From Nitrosopumilus sp. (GTDB lineage Archaea; Thermoproteota; Nitrososphaeria; Nitrososphaerales; Nitrosopumilaceae): DNA of 64,000 bases. Positions 44,091 through 53,838 of this stretch are shown here, piece by piece. Below the pieces are notes generated by a model that searched no databases, was not told the origin of the DNA, and was given only the letters and a program-made list of their open reading frames with translations. The DNA lies in the NCBI GenBank assembly GCA_963662625.1, contig OY759726.1, forward strand, positions 544,001 through 608,000, given 5' to 3'. How positions within the stretch are numbered: the first letter of the stretch is position 1; every line of letters begins with the position of its first letter. The position numbers and the translations under genes are program-made.

Positions 44091-46256
44091 CTATGGGTCG
44101 GGGCAGCCGTCGGCGTCCATGTCGCCGTCAAAGTCTTCCGGCTCCAGGGGGCACGCGTCGTCGGCGTTGATTATGCTGTCGAGGTCGTCGTCGTGGAAGG
44201 GCCTCTGCTGCTCAGGGACGGAGTCCGGGCAGCCGTCGGCGTCGTTGTACTTGTTCCAGGTCTCGGGGCTGACGGGGCAGGAATCAAGCGCGTCGGGGTA
44301 GCCGTCCCGGTCGGAGTCTACGACCTGGGAGGCCGTCGGTTCAGCCGCCCTCGTGTCGGGGCAGCCGTCCCAGTCCAGGTACTGGTTATAGTTCTCCGGC
44401 GAGTCCACGCACTGGTCGCGCCGGTCCTCGATGCCGTCGCCGTCGGAGTCGGGGAACTCGTACGCCGGCGCGCCGGAGGCGACGCTGTCGGGGCAGCCGT
44501 CGTCGTCCTGGAACCGGTTGTAGGTCTCGCGCTCCGATGGGCAGGCGTCTATCGCGTCGGGCTTGCCGTCCATGTCGCTGTCGATCAGCGGGACGTAGTC
44601 GTCGGGGCAGCCGTCGCCGTCAAGCACCCCGTTGTACGTCTCCGGCTGGGAGGGGCAGTAGTCTGCCGTGTCCATGATCCCGTCGCCGTCGGAGTCCGCC
44701 GCGAGCTTGTTGTCCGCCACGATGTCCGGGCAGCCGTCGGCGTCCTGGAACATGTTCCAGGTCTCCCTTGCGGCGGGGCAGGCGTCGGCGTCGTCCATGA
44801 TTCCGTCCCCGTCAGAGTCGGAGACCGTGCCATAGTACAGGAAGTCCGGGCAGCCGTCGTCGTCCTGGAACTTGTTGTAGCGTTCTGCGGCCATCGGGCA
44901 TTCGTCGTAGGCGTCGGGGTTGCCGTCAAAGTCAGAATCGAGCAGCTCCCCGCCGTCCGTGCCGGGCACGTCGGGGCAGCCGTCCCAGTCCAGGTACCCG
45001 TCATAGTTCTCCGGCGAGTCCACGCACTGGTCGCGCCGGTCCTCGATGCCGTCGCCGTCGGAGTCGGGGAACTCGTACGCCGGCGCGCCGGAGGCGACGC
45101 TGTCGGGGCAGCCGTCGTCGTCCTGGAACCGGTTGTAGGTCTCGCGCTCCGATGGGCAGGCGTCTATCGCGTCGGGCTTGCCGTCCATGTCGCTGTCGAT
45201 CAGCGGGACGTAGTCGTCGGGGCAGCCGTCGCCGTCAAGCACCCCGTTGTACGTCTCCGGCTGGGAGGGGCAGTAGTCTGCCGTGTCCATGATCCCGTCG
45301 CCGTCGGAGTCCGCCGCGAGCTTGTTGTCCGCCACGATGTCCGGGCAGCCGTCGGCGTCCTGGAACATGTTCCAGGTCTCTGGCGCGAACGGGCAGGAGT
45401 CGGCCGCGTCCGGCACCCCGTCGCCGTCGGTGTCATTGGCAGTGGGATAGTCGACCGTGTCGGGGCAGCCGTCGCCGTCCTGGAACCCGTTGAAGTTCTC
45501 GCGTTCCGAGGGGCACGAGTCGGCCGCGTCCGGTATGGTGTCGTAGTCGGAGTCGGCGTCCGTGACAGATACGGCTCCCGGCACGTCGGGGCAGCCGTCC
45601 CAGTCCAGGTACCCGTCATAGTTCTCCGGCGAGTCCACGCACTGGTCGCGCCGGTCCTCGATGCCGTCGCCGTCGGAGTCTGGGAACTCGTACGCCGGCG
45701 CGCCGGAGGCGACGCTGTCGGGGCAGCCGTCGCCGTCTTGGAACATGTTCCAGGTCTCCGGGACGGCGGGGCACGAGTCGGCGGGGTCGGGGATCCCGTC
45801 GAGGTCCGAGTCGGACGTCGGCGAGAGGCTGTCGGGACAGCCGTCGGCGTCAGACAATCCGTTGAACGCCTCCGGCCGGTTCGGGCACAGGTCGGCCACG
45901 TCCATGATCCCGTCGCCGTCGGCGTCGTAGGTGGCCTGGCCGCCGTCGGGGGACGCGTCGGGGCAGCCGTCGGCGTCCTGGAACCGGTTGTAGGTCTCCT
46001 TTGCTGTGGGGCAAGCGTCCAAGTGGTCCTGGATCCCGTCATAGTCCGCGTCGTACCAGGGCACGAAGTCCGCCGGGCAGCCGTCTATGTTGCTGCCGTA
46101 CTGCGGGTCATAGTCCTCCAGCAGGTAGGGGCACCTGTCGGCGGAGTTTGGCACCCCGTCGCCGTCGCTGTCGGCCTCTGCGAGGACGGGGCCTGGCACC
46201 ATGCCGATGGTGGAGGTTAGCAGAAGCAGGAATCCCAGCAGGCAGTGTTTTTTCAT
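44091..46256 (-). CDS. secreted thrombospondin type-3 repeat protein (copy 2; three super-repeats)
   Basis: Near-identical signal peptide and the same repeat units as copy 3. Confidence 0.92.
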   Translation of the reverse strand: MKKHCLLGFLLLLTSTIGMVPGPVLAEADSDGDGVPNSADRCPYLLEDYDPQYGSNIDGCPADFVPWYDADYDGIQDHLDACPTAKETYNRFQDADGCPDASPDGGQATYDADGDGIMDVADLCPNRPEAFNGLSDADGCPDSLSPTSDSDLDGIPDPADSCPAVPETWNMFQDGDGCPDSVASGAPAYEFPDSDGDGIEDRRDQCVDSPENYDGYLDWDGCPDVPGAVSVTDADSDYDTIPDAADSCPSERENFNGFQDGDGCPDTVDYPTANDTDGDGVPDAADSCPFAPETWNMFQDADGCPDIVADNKLAADSDGDGIMDTADYCPSQPETYNGVLDGDGCPDDYVPLIDSDMDGKPDAIDACPSERETYNRFQDDDGCPDSVASGAPAYEFPDSDGDGIEDRRDQCVDSPENYDGYLDWDGCPDVPGTDGGELLDSDFDGNPDAYDECPMAAERYNKFQDDDGCPDFLYYGTVSDSDGDGIMDDADACPAARETWNMFQDADGCPDIVADNKLAADSDGDGIMDTADYCPSQPETYNGVLDGDGCPDDYVPLIDSDMDGKPDAIDACPSERETYNRFQDDDGCPDSVASGAPAYEFPDSDGDGIEDRRDQCVDSPENYNQYLDWDGCPDTRAAEPTASQVVDSDRDGYPDALDSCPVSPETWNKYNDADGCPDSVPEQQRPFHDDDLDSIINADDACPLEPEDFDGDMDADGCPDP

Positions 46257-46268
46257 GGCCACGGGCTC

Positions 46269-48707
46269 CTATGGGTCGGGGCATCCGTCGGCGTCCATGT
46301 CGCCGTCAAAGTCTTCCGGTTCGGAGGGGCACATGTCAGAGTCGTTGATTATGCTGTCCAGGTCCGTGTCATGCTTATATCGTGACTGTTCGGGAACGGT
46401 GTCCGGGCAGCCGTCGGCGTCCTGGTACTTGTTCCACGATTCCCTGTCGTACGGGCACGCGTCCTTGCCGTCGACTATCCCGTCGCCGTCGGCGTCGGAC
46501 CTCATGTTGCCCACCGGAACCATGTCGGGGCAGCCGTCATAGTCGACATACCTGTTCCAGACTTCGTCCTGGGTAGGGCACAGGTCCATCGTGTCGGCGA
46601 CCCCGTCGCCGTCGGCGTCGGGCTGGGTGGTGTCGATGTCCGGGCAGCCGTCCGTGTCGTCCATCCCGTTGAACGTCTCCGCGCTCATGGGGCACCGGTC
46701 GGCGGCGTCGGGGATTCCGTCATTGTCGGAGTCCACCACGGCCGACTCCGTTATAAAGTCCGGGCAGCCGTCGTCGTCCTGGAACATGTTGTAGGTCTCT
46801 GCGGACAGCGGGCAGGCGTCTATCGCGTCGGGCTTGCCGTCCATGTCCCTGTCTACCAGCGGGATGTAGTCGTCCGGGCAGCCGTCGCGGTCAAGCACCC
46901 CGTTGTACGTCTCCGGCTGGGAGGGGCAGTAGTCCATGAAGTCGTTTATCCCGTCAGAGTCCGAGTCGGGCGTGGCCTTGTTGTCCGCCGTCGTGTCGGG
47001 GCACCCGTCGGAGTCCTGGAACATGTTGTAGGTCTCCCTTGCCATGACGCACTGGTCGGCGCTGTCGGGTACGCCGTCTGAGTCAGAATCCATGTCCGGC
47101 GCGTAGGGCAGGAGGTCCGGGCAGCCGTCGTCGTCCTGGAACTGGTTGTACCGCTCCCTGTCCGACGGGCACGCGTCTGCCGAGTCGGGTATCCCGTCCA
47201 TGTCGGAGTCCGTTTGCAGGACGCTGTCGGGGCAGCCGTCGTTGTCAAGGTACCGGTTCCAGGTCTCGGGCGACATGGGGCACCTGTCTATCGAGTCCGG
47301 TATTCCGTCGTTGTCGGAGTCGGTGACGGAGACGTCGGGGCAGCCGTCGCCGTCCTGGAACGAGTTAAAGGTCTCGGCTTCGGTGGGGCACCTGTCTGAC
47401 AGGTCCGCGATCCCGTCGCCGTCAAAGTCCGAGGGGGCGATTCCCGGGACGCTGTCCGGGCAGCCGTCGTCGTCCTGGAACGCGTTGTACCTTTCGGGCG
47501 CCATCGGGCAGGCGTCCAGGGCGTCCAGGATCCCGTCCATGTCCCTGTCTACCAGCGGGACGTAGTCGTCCGGGCAGCCGTCGCGGTCAAGCACCCCGTT
47601 GTACGTCTCCGGCTGGGAGGGGCAGGAGTCCATGAAGTCGTTTATCCCGTCAGAGTCCGTGTCCGGCGCGTACCTGTTGTCCGCCGTCAGGTCCGGGCAG
47701 CCGTCGTCGTCCTGGAACTTGTTGTAGGTCTCCCTTGCCATGACGCACTGGTCGGCGCTGTCGGCGATCCCGTCCCGGTCGGTGTCCCTGTCCACGGAGT
47801 ACGGGGGTATGTCGGGGCAGCCGTCGTCGTCCTGGTACTTGTTGTACCTTTCGGGCGCCATCGGGCAGGCGTCGTCGCCGTCATTTATCCCGTCGCCGTC
47901 GGAGTCGCCGCCGGCCCCGGCGAAGGACGGGGCCTTGTCGGGGCAGCCGTCGTAATCGGAAAACATGTTGAAGGTTTCGGGCTGGCCGGGGCACACGTCG
48001 AGCCGGTCCGCGATCCCGTCGCCGTCGGAGTCGGAGAATGGCGAGTCCAGCGCCGCGTCGGGGCAGCCGTCCACGTCAAGATAGCCGTTGTACGTCTCGG
48101 GCTGGTCCGGGCAGGAGTCGTCGGCGTCGCCTATGCCGTCGTTGTCTGCATCGCTGAACGGGTCGGACGTCGAGTCGGGGCACCCGTCGGAGTCCTGGAA
48201 CATGTTGTAGACCTCCGCCTTGAGCGGGCACTGGTCCAGCGCGTCGTTGACCCCGTCCCTGTCGCGATCCGAGACGGAGTTCAGGTCGTCCGGGCAGCCG
48301 TCGCGGTCAAGCACCCCGTTGTACGTCTCCGGCTGGGAGGGGCACAGGTCCGCTATGTCGGCAAACCCGTCCCCGTCGCTGTCGGGCAGCCCGCCGGATC
48401 CGGAGCCCGGCACGCTGTCGGGGCAGCCGTCGTCGTCCTGGAACAGGTTGTACTGCTCCCTCAGGTTCGGGCACTGGTCGACGTGATCCTGGATCCCGTC
48501 ATAGTCCTCGTCGTACCACGGGATGAAGTTGGACGGGCACCCGTCAACCTTGCCCTCGCCGTCCTCCTGTAGGTTCGGGCACAAGTCCGCCGAATCGTCC
48601 ACGCCGTCACGATCCAGATCGGACGCGGCGTGCACCGTGCTGATTGGAACGCTGGTTAATACAGATGCAAGTAGGAATAGGAAACCGAACATGTGTGTTT
48701 TTTTCAA
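46269..48707 (-). CDS. secreted thrombospondin type-3 repeat protein (copy 1, more divergent)
   Basis: Probable TTG start (LKKTHMFGFLFLL...), TTTAATAA box upstream, same repeat consensus. Confidence 0.9.
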   Translation of the reverse strand: MKKTHMFGFLFLLASVLTSVPISTVHAASDLDRDGVDDSADLCPNLQEDGEGKVDGCPSNFIPWYDEDYDGIQDHVDQCPNLREQYNLFQDDDGCPDSVPGSGSGGLPDSDGDGFADIADLCPSQPETYNGVLDRDGCPDDLNSVSDRDRDGVNDALDQCPLKAEVYNMFQDSDGCPDSTSDPFSDADNDGIGDADDSCPDQPETYNGYLDVDGCPDAALDSPFSDSDGDGIADRLDVCPGQPETFNMFSDYDGCPDKAPSFAGAGGDSDGDGINDGDDACPMAPERYNKYQDDDGCPDIPPYSVDRDTDRDGIADSADQCVMARETYNKFQDDDGCPDLTADNRYAPDTDSDGINDFMDSCPSQPETYNGVLDRDGCPDDYVPLVDRDMDGILDALDACPMAPERYNAFQDDDGCPDSVPGIAPSDFDGDGIADLSDRCPTEAETFNSFQDGDGCPDVSVTDSDNDGIPDSIDRCPMSPETWNRYLDNDGCPDSVLQTDSDMDGIPDSADACPSDRERYNQFQDDDGCPDLLPYAPDMDSDSDGVPDSADQCVMARETYNMFQDSDGCPDTTADNKATPDSDSDGINDFMDYCPSQPETYNGVLDRDGCPDDYIPLVDRDMDGKPDAIDACPLSAETYNMFQDDDGCPDFITESAVVDSDNDGIPDAADRCPMSAETFNGMDDTDGCPDIDTTQPDADGDGVADTMDLCPTQDEVWNRYVDYDGCPDMVPVGNMRSDADGDGIVDGKDACPYDRESWNKYQDADGCPDTVPEQSRYKHDTDLDSIINDSDMCPSEPEDFDGDMDADGCPDP

Positions 48708-48943
48708 GCCTACAGTTACCTTGGGGATCCAGTTATTAAACCTCACTCTACAGTCAAGCGAAAAACGCACCGAACTGGTCAAAACCCGCCCGCCCCAAAC
48801 TGATCGCGGGTGCGGCGCCGGCGGGGCATCCCGGGCGGCGATCCGGGAAGCTCCGGGACGCGCCGCCCGGCATGCAAGATCCGCGGCGGCCCGTGGGAGA
48901 TCCGGCGGGATCAACTTAAGTAAACCGGGGCGGAACTTCCAGC

Positions 48944-49972
48944 ATGAGCTGCTCGGGCGAGGTGGTCGGGGACGGCGGGGACCTCATCCAGATCAGGCCG
49001 TCCATATCGCGGCAGCTGAAAAAAGCAAAGTACGGGGTCTCGGACCACTCCACGGTGGGGCTGTGCCACTGGACCAAGAAGTCGTTCAGGCACGAGGGCA
49101 GCTGCTACAAGCACAAGTTCTACGGGATCTCGACGCACAGGTGCATGGAGTTCTCGCCTGCCGGGATGCACTGCGAGAACCGCTGCGTCTACTGCTGGAG
49201 GCCCATGGAGTTCTACGACTCGCTGAAGATGGACGAGGGCAGGGTGGCCGGCCCCGAGGAGATCATGGAGCGCCTGGCAGAGGAGCGCAGGAGGCTGATC
49301 ATGGGGCACTACGGCGACTCCAGAAGCGACAGGCAGAGGCTGGACGAGTCCCTGCTGCCAAGCCACTACGCCATATCGCTGTCCGGCGAGCCCACCATGT
49401 ACCCCAGGCTGCCGGAGCTGATAAGGCACCTCAAGTCGCTGGAGGCGACAAAGTCGGTCTTTCTCGTGACTAACGGGCAGGAGCCCGACATGATCGAGCG
49501 CCTGCGGGACGAGGACGCGCTGCCGACCCAGCTGTACCTGTCCACCAACGCCGCCGACTACGAGTCCTTCGCGAGGATCAACCGGCCGCGGTACGACGAC
49601 TCGTGGGAGCGGTGGAACAGGACGCTCGGGATGCTGAGGGGGCTGGACACCAGGACGGTCCTGCGGATAACGCTCATCCGCGGGTACAACGACCAGGCGG
49701 ACATGGTGCCGGCGTTCGCGTCGATGGCGAGGGAGTCAGGCCCGCACTTTATCGAGGTAAAGTCCTACATGCACGTGGGCCGGTCGACGAGCAGGCTGGA
49801 GCACTCAGACATGCTGGAGATGGACGAGGTGAGGGGGATAAGCCGCGGCATCGCGGAAAAGAGCGGGGCGTTTTCCGTGATGGACGAGAGCTGCGTCTCG
49901 CGGATAGTCGTGCTGCAGAACGGCGAGAGGTTCATCGACCGCTGGATTCCCGCGCGCGCAGGTACCAGCTAG
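48944..49972 (+). CDS. taw1: 4-demethylwyosine synthase (radical SAM)
   Basis: CHWTK, CYKHKFYGI.THRC, CENRCVYCWR, SLSGEPT, IEVKSY. Confidence 0.95.
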   Translation: MSCSGEVVGDGGDLIQIRPSISRQLKKAKYGVSDHSTVGLCHWTKKSFRHEGSCYKHKFYGISTHRCMEFSPAGMHCENRCVYCWRPMEFYDSLKMDEGRVAGPEEIMERLAEERRRLIMGHYGDSRSDRQRLDESLLPSHYAISLSGEPTMYPRLPELIRHLKSLEATKSVFLVTNGQEPDMIERLRDEDALPTQLYLSTNAADYESFARINRPRYDDSWERWNRTLGMLRGLDTRTVLRITLIRGYNDQADMVPAFASMARESGPHFIEVKSYMHVGRSTSRLEHSDMLEMDEVRGISRGIAEKSGAFSVMDESCVSRIVVLQNGERFIDRWIPARAGTS

Positions 49973-50498
49973 AGAACTTCCTCATCGCCATGAACCTGTG
50001 CGACACCGCGTTCTTCCCCGGCAGCTGCGCAAACGTCATCCGCGTCCCGCGCGGGACGAAGATCGGGTCGTAGCCCCACCCGTCCCCCCTCGGCGCCCTC
50101 GCGATGCTGCCCGGGAGCTCGGCCCCGAACGACCGGGAGGCGTCCTCGGAGCAGAACGAGATCACCGAGACGAACCTGGCGCCCCTGTCTTTTTTCAGCA
50201 GCCGCAGTATGCCGTCGTTGCCTATGGTCCGGAAGGCGTACGACGAGAACGGGCCGGGGAACCCCGAGAGCCCGTCGATGAAGAGCCCGTCGTCCTCCAC
50301 TATCACCGGCCTCCCCATCATGCCAAAGGCGCTGCGGGCCTTGTGCTCGGCGATCTCCCTGATCGAGTCGGACTGGACCTCCGGCAGCGCGGCCCGGCCG
50401 AAGCCGAGCCGGATCCCGAGTCCCGCCGCGATGGACCGCGCCTCCAGGTACTTGTTGCGGTTGGAGGACACGAAGAGGAGATCAGACGACTTTGGCAT
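49932..50498 (-). CDS. rdgB: non-canonical purine NTP pyrophosphatase (RdgB/HAM1)
   Basis: SSNRNK, VEDDGLF, GFPGP, GWGYDPIF, SHR. Confidence 0.93.
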   Translation of the reverse strand: MPKSSDLLFVSSNRNKYLEARSIAAGLGIRLGFGRAALPEVQSDSIREIAEHKARSAFGMMGRPVIVEDDGLFIDGLSGFPGPFSSYAFRTIGNDGILRLLKKDRGARFVSVISFCSEDASRSFGAELPGSIARAPRGDGWGYDPIFVPRGTRMTFAQLPGKNAVSHRFMAMRKFSSWYLRARESSGR

Positions 50499-51102
50499 AC
50501 CTACCACGGCTCTCGATCACGGACACGAGGCCCGTTATTTTAGCGTAATACGCCGCCCCCGCCGCCGACCGGTACCCCGCGAGGAACTTCCTCCACGCCC
50601 GCTCCATGATGCCGGCGTGGGCGCTGTTGAGGATCTCCTTTATCAGGCGCAGGTCGATCGCGTGGTCCTCTGGCTTGGACGTCCTCTGGGAGAGGCCAAA
50701 GTCCAGCACGTAGACCGTCCCCTCGTGGTAGACAAAGTTGGAGGTGGTCAGGTCCCCGTGCATGAGGCCGTTCCTGTGCATGGTGCCCACCAGGCGCCCG
50801 ATCTCCCCGGAGAGCTCGACTATCCGGGGGCCTGGCAGGTCGTGGACGGGGGTTCCCGGTATGTTCTGCATCACTATGGAGCAGTCCCCCAGGTTCACGA
50901 AGCGCACCAGCGGGGCCGGCACCCCGAACGACTTTACGTCGGCGAGCGCCCGGGACTCCCTTACGGTGCGCTGCCTGCGGAGCTTCGCGTCGAGGAGGGC
51001 GTTCCTGTAGCCCTTGGCCTTCCTGACCTTGAGGACGGCCTCGGCGCCGTTCCACGACCCCATGTAGAGGTCGGCCTCGGCGCCCTTCTTTAGCAGCCTC
51101 AT
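50482..51102 (-). CDS. bud32: KEOPS complex kinase Bud32
   Basis: KGAEA, KGYR...LD..LR..RT..E, HGDLTTSN, DFGL. Confidence 0.95.
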   Translation of the reverse strand: MRLLKKGAEADLYMGSWNGAEAVLKVRKAKGYRNALLDAKLRRQRTVRESRALADVKSFGVPAPLVRFVNLGDCSIVMQNIPGTPVHDLPGPRIVELSGEIGRLVGTMHRNGLMHGDLTTSNFVYHEGTVYVLDFGLSQRTSKPEDHAIDLRLIKEILNSAHAGIMERAWRKFLAGYRSAAGAAYYAKITGLVSVIESRGRYAKVV

Positions 51103-51232
51103 CACACCGGTGATCGCGGCCTGATAATTTAGGGGTTGTTGCGGCACGCGCCGCGCCGCCCGCGGGGCGCGCCTGCTGCCGGGGCGGGGCCTTCAGTAAA
51201 ACTATTACCTGCCAAGGGCCGCTGGAAGCGTA

Positions 51233-51559
51233 GTGGAAGAGAACGAGAAGAGGCTAAAGCAGGAGGACTGCAACGAGGACAGCCTGGGCGCCGGGATCCT
51301 GACCCTCACCAACAGGAGGCTGGCCTTCGACAAGACGCAGGCAAGGATGATGGACTTTTCCAAGCATTTCGGGGACACCGTCGTGGACGTCCCGCTGAAG
51401 GACGTCGCCAAGGCGTGGAGGGAGGGGCTCCTGATAAAGAAGGTGTGCTTTACCGCGAACACCGGGGACGGGCAGCAGACGTTCAAGTTTGGCGTCTTTA
51501 ACACCAAGGACTGGCTCAAGAGCATAGACAGGGCGCTGGACGAGTCCCGCGGCGGGTAG
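51233..51559 (+). CDS. GRAM/PH-like domain protein
   Basis: G.LTLTNRRLAF...VPL.DV...W pattern. Confidence 0.7.
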   Translation: MEENEKRLKQEDCNEDSLGAGILTLTNRRLAFDKTQARMMDFSKHFGDTVVDVPLKDVAKAWREGLLIKKVCFTANTGDGQQTFKFGVFNTKDWLKSIDRALDESRGG

Positions 51560-51577
51560 GCCGGCGCGCGCGCCGCC

Positions 51578-52561
51578 CTAGTAGGCGACCCTCACGGTGT
51601 CAAGGCGCCACGACTGGGTGACGAACGTCTCCTCGAGCGGCGCGCCGGGGCCCGCCTGGGACTCGAGCAGCCCGGTCCAGCAGATCTGGCTCCCGCAGTC
51701 GCCCGAGAACTTTGGCGGCACGACGAACAGCCTGCTGCCGTGCCGCCTGCAGACGTCCTGCAGCATCTCCGACAGCCTGCGGTTCGCCGCGACCCCGCCC
51801 ACCACCATCAGCTCCTTCTTTTCGGTGAACGACAGCGCCCTCTCCACCGCCTCGCCCACCATCGCGAAGGCCGTCTCCTGCAGCGAGAAGCACGCGTCGT
51901 TCCTGTTCTTCCTGGCGGCCGCCTTTGTCGCAGACAGGAGCCCGGAGAACGACACGTCGTTGCCCTTGACGGAGTAGGGCAGCTGGACGTAGCCCGACGC
52001 GCGGGACGCCAGGGCCTCGATGTCCCTCCCGCACGGGGACGCAAATCCCACCGACCTCCCAAACTGGTCGAGCAGCTGCCCCAGAGTGATGTCGAGCGTC
52101 TCGCCGAAGACGCGCCACTGCATGTTCGTGAACGCGAGCAGCATGGTGTGGCCCCCCGACACCAGGAGCACGAGCGGGTTCCTGGCGCCGGTGAGGAGCT
52201 TCCCAAGGTCGATGTGGCCTATCGCGTGGTTCACCGGGTAGATGGGGATCTTGTAGTACGACGACAGGGAGCGCGCCACCACCGCCCCCACCCGGAGGCA
52301 CGGCCCCAGCCCGGGCCCCGCCGCGTACGAGACCACGTCCAGGTCCCTTATGCCGACCCCCGCCTCCTCGAGGCACTCTGAGAGCACCGCCGGGCTGTTC
52401 TCGACGTGGTGCCGCGAGGCCTCCCTGGGGTGGATGCCCTCCCCGTCCGGCGGCCGGTAGATCCTCCTGACGTCGGACAGGATCCTGCCCGACTTTCCCT
52501 CCTTCTCCATCACCGCGCAGGAGAACGTGTGCGCGGTGCTTTCGACCCCGAGTCCCAGCAT
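51578..52561 (-). CDS. kae1: KEOPS N6-threonylcarbamoyladenine synthase Kae1
   Basis: GVESTAH, GIHPREASRHH, VNHAIGH, VSGGHT, GETLD, GGVAAN. Confidence 0.97.
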   Translation of the reverse strand: MLGLGVESTAHTFSCAVMEKEGKSGRILSDVRRIYRPPDGEGIHPREASRHHVENSPAVLSECLEEAGVGIRDLDVVSYAAGPGLGPCLRVGAVVARSLSSYYKIPIYPVNHAIGHIDLGKLLTGARNPLVLLVSGGHTMLLAFTNMQWRVFGETLDITLGQLLDQFGRSVGFASPCGRDIEALASRASGYVQLPYSVKGNDVSFSGLLSATKAAARKNRNDACFSLQETAFAMVGEAVERALSFTEKKELMVVGGVAANRRLSEMLQDVCRRHGSRLFVVPPKFSGDCGSQICWTGLLESQAGPGAPLEETFVTQSWRLDTVRVAY

Positions 52562-52562
52562 G

Positions 52563-53747
52563 CTATCCCCTGCTCTGCGTCGAGACGATCTTGATCACGT
52601 CCCCGTGCTGGAGCCGGTGGTCCCCCCCTATGCGCTGCTTCGTCTTGCAGTCGATGGCGTGCAGGAACCCCCTTGCGATGTCCGCGTGGACCTCCCCCGC
52701 GAGGTCCCTCGCGGTAAAGCCCCCTGGAACCAGCTTCGCGTCGGGCAGGACGTCCCCGTCCTTGTTCGTGAGCTTTGCCTCGTCCTCGACCGGGTATACC
52801 GCCATGAACCCCAGCAGCTCAAAGACCGCGGCGTTGAGGACCTGCTGGACGCCGGTGGACGAGATCTTCGAAAAGACGCCGCGCACGAGGTCGAGCGCCT
52901 TCTTTTGCGGGGCCGAGATGTCGCCGCCCGCCGTGAACCCGCCGTCGCCCGGGGCGTAGCTTACGATGCCGGCCTTGGAGGCCTTCCGCAGCAGCAGCTC
53001 GGCCTCCGCGCTGCACGGGATGGCCGGGGGGCCCGCGATCTTCTTGATCACGCCCAGGTCCGGGCAGAGGTCCGCCTTGTTTGCGGCGATTATGATCGGC
53101 TTGGCGCCGCGCCTCAGCTCCCTGGCAAACTCCAGCAGGTCCGGGCCGGCCCAATCCTTGGGGTTTCTCGACGCCAGGTTCAGCCGCTGCAGGACGCCTT
53201 GGACGTCGAAGTCCCTGATGCCCAGGCCGGTGAAGCGCTTCGCGATCCCGTCGGCCAGCTTGGCCCTCTTCTGGTCGACCTCGCGGGTTATCCTGTCCCA
53301 GTCCCTGCCCAGGATGTCCAGGAACCACTGGTCGAACTCGTCGTGCACGAACTCGACGTCCTCCAGCGGGTCGTGGGAGCCCGCGGGCACGGGCTGCCCC
53401 TGGATGTCGGTGGTCCCCGCGATGTCCACCACGTGGATCAGGACGCTTGCCTGCCTGGCGTCGTCGAGGAACTGGTTCCCCAGCCCCTTTCCCTCGTGGG
53501 CCCCCGGCACCAGCCCCGCTATGTCGACCAGCTTGACCGGTATGTGGCGCACGCCGCCCCGGCACAGCGGGTTCTGGTGGGCCACGCCGAAGTGCCTGCA
53601 GGCGCAGTCCGCCTGGACGTGGGCCACGCCGACGTTCGGGTCGATGGTGGTGAAGGGGAAGTTCCCGGTGGGGACTGCAGTCTCGGTAGCCGCCGAGAAA
53701 AAGGTCGACTTGCCGACGTTGGCTTTTCCTAGCAGGCCGATTTGCAC
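52563..53747 (-). CDS. ychF: YchF-like Obg-family ATPase/GTPase with TGS domain
   Basis: GKANVGKST, NFPFTTIDPN, DIAGLVPGAHEGKGLGNQFL, NKAD; GTG start at 53747. Confidence 0.92.
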   Translation of the reverse strand: MQIGLLGKANVGKSTFFSAATETAVPTGNFPFTTIDPNVGVAHVQADCACRHFGVAHQNPLCRGGVRHIPVKLVDIAGLVPGAHEGKGLGNQFLDDARQASVLIHVVDIAGTTDIQGQPVPAGSHDPLEDVEFVHDEFDQWFLDILGRDWDRITREVDQKRAKLADGIAKRFTGLGIRDFDVQGVLQRLNLASRNPKDWAGPDLLEFARELRRGAKPIIIAANKADLCPDLGVIKKIAGPPAIPCSAEAELLLRKASKAGIVSYAPGDGGFTAGGDISAPQKKALDLVRGVFSKISSTGVQQVLNAAVFELLGFMAVYPVEDEAKLTNKDGDVLPDAKLVPGGFTARDLAGEVHADIARGFLHAIDCKTKQRIGGDHRLQHGDVIKIVSTQSRG

Positions 53748-53838
53748 GCTTTGAAGGCCACCCGTGCACTTATTAGTATTAAGGTGGCGGCGCGCCGCGT
53801 TTGGAAACCGTTTAATCCGGCGCGGGGGCTGGTACCGC

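Noticed and set aside
41283-46220. Very long plus-strand ORFs (919 and 717 aa) and Thr/Arg-rich alternative frames over the TSP3 genes
   Set aside because: Antisense or off-frame shadows of GC-rich repetitive coding sequence; no motifs
41298-48707. TSP3 repeats as a CRISPR array or DGR template/variable repeats
   Set aside because: Repeats are in-frame coding units; no reverse transcriptase or cas gene, and differences are not adenine-specific
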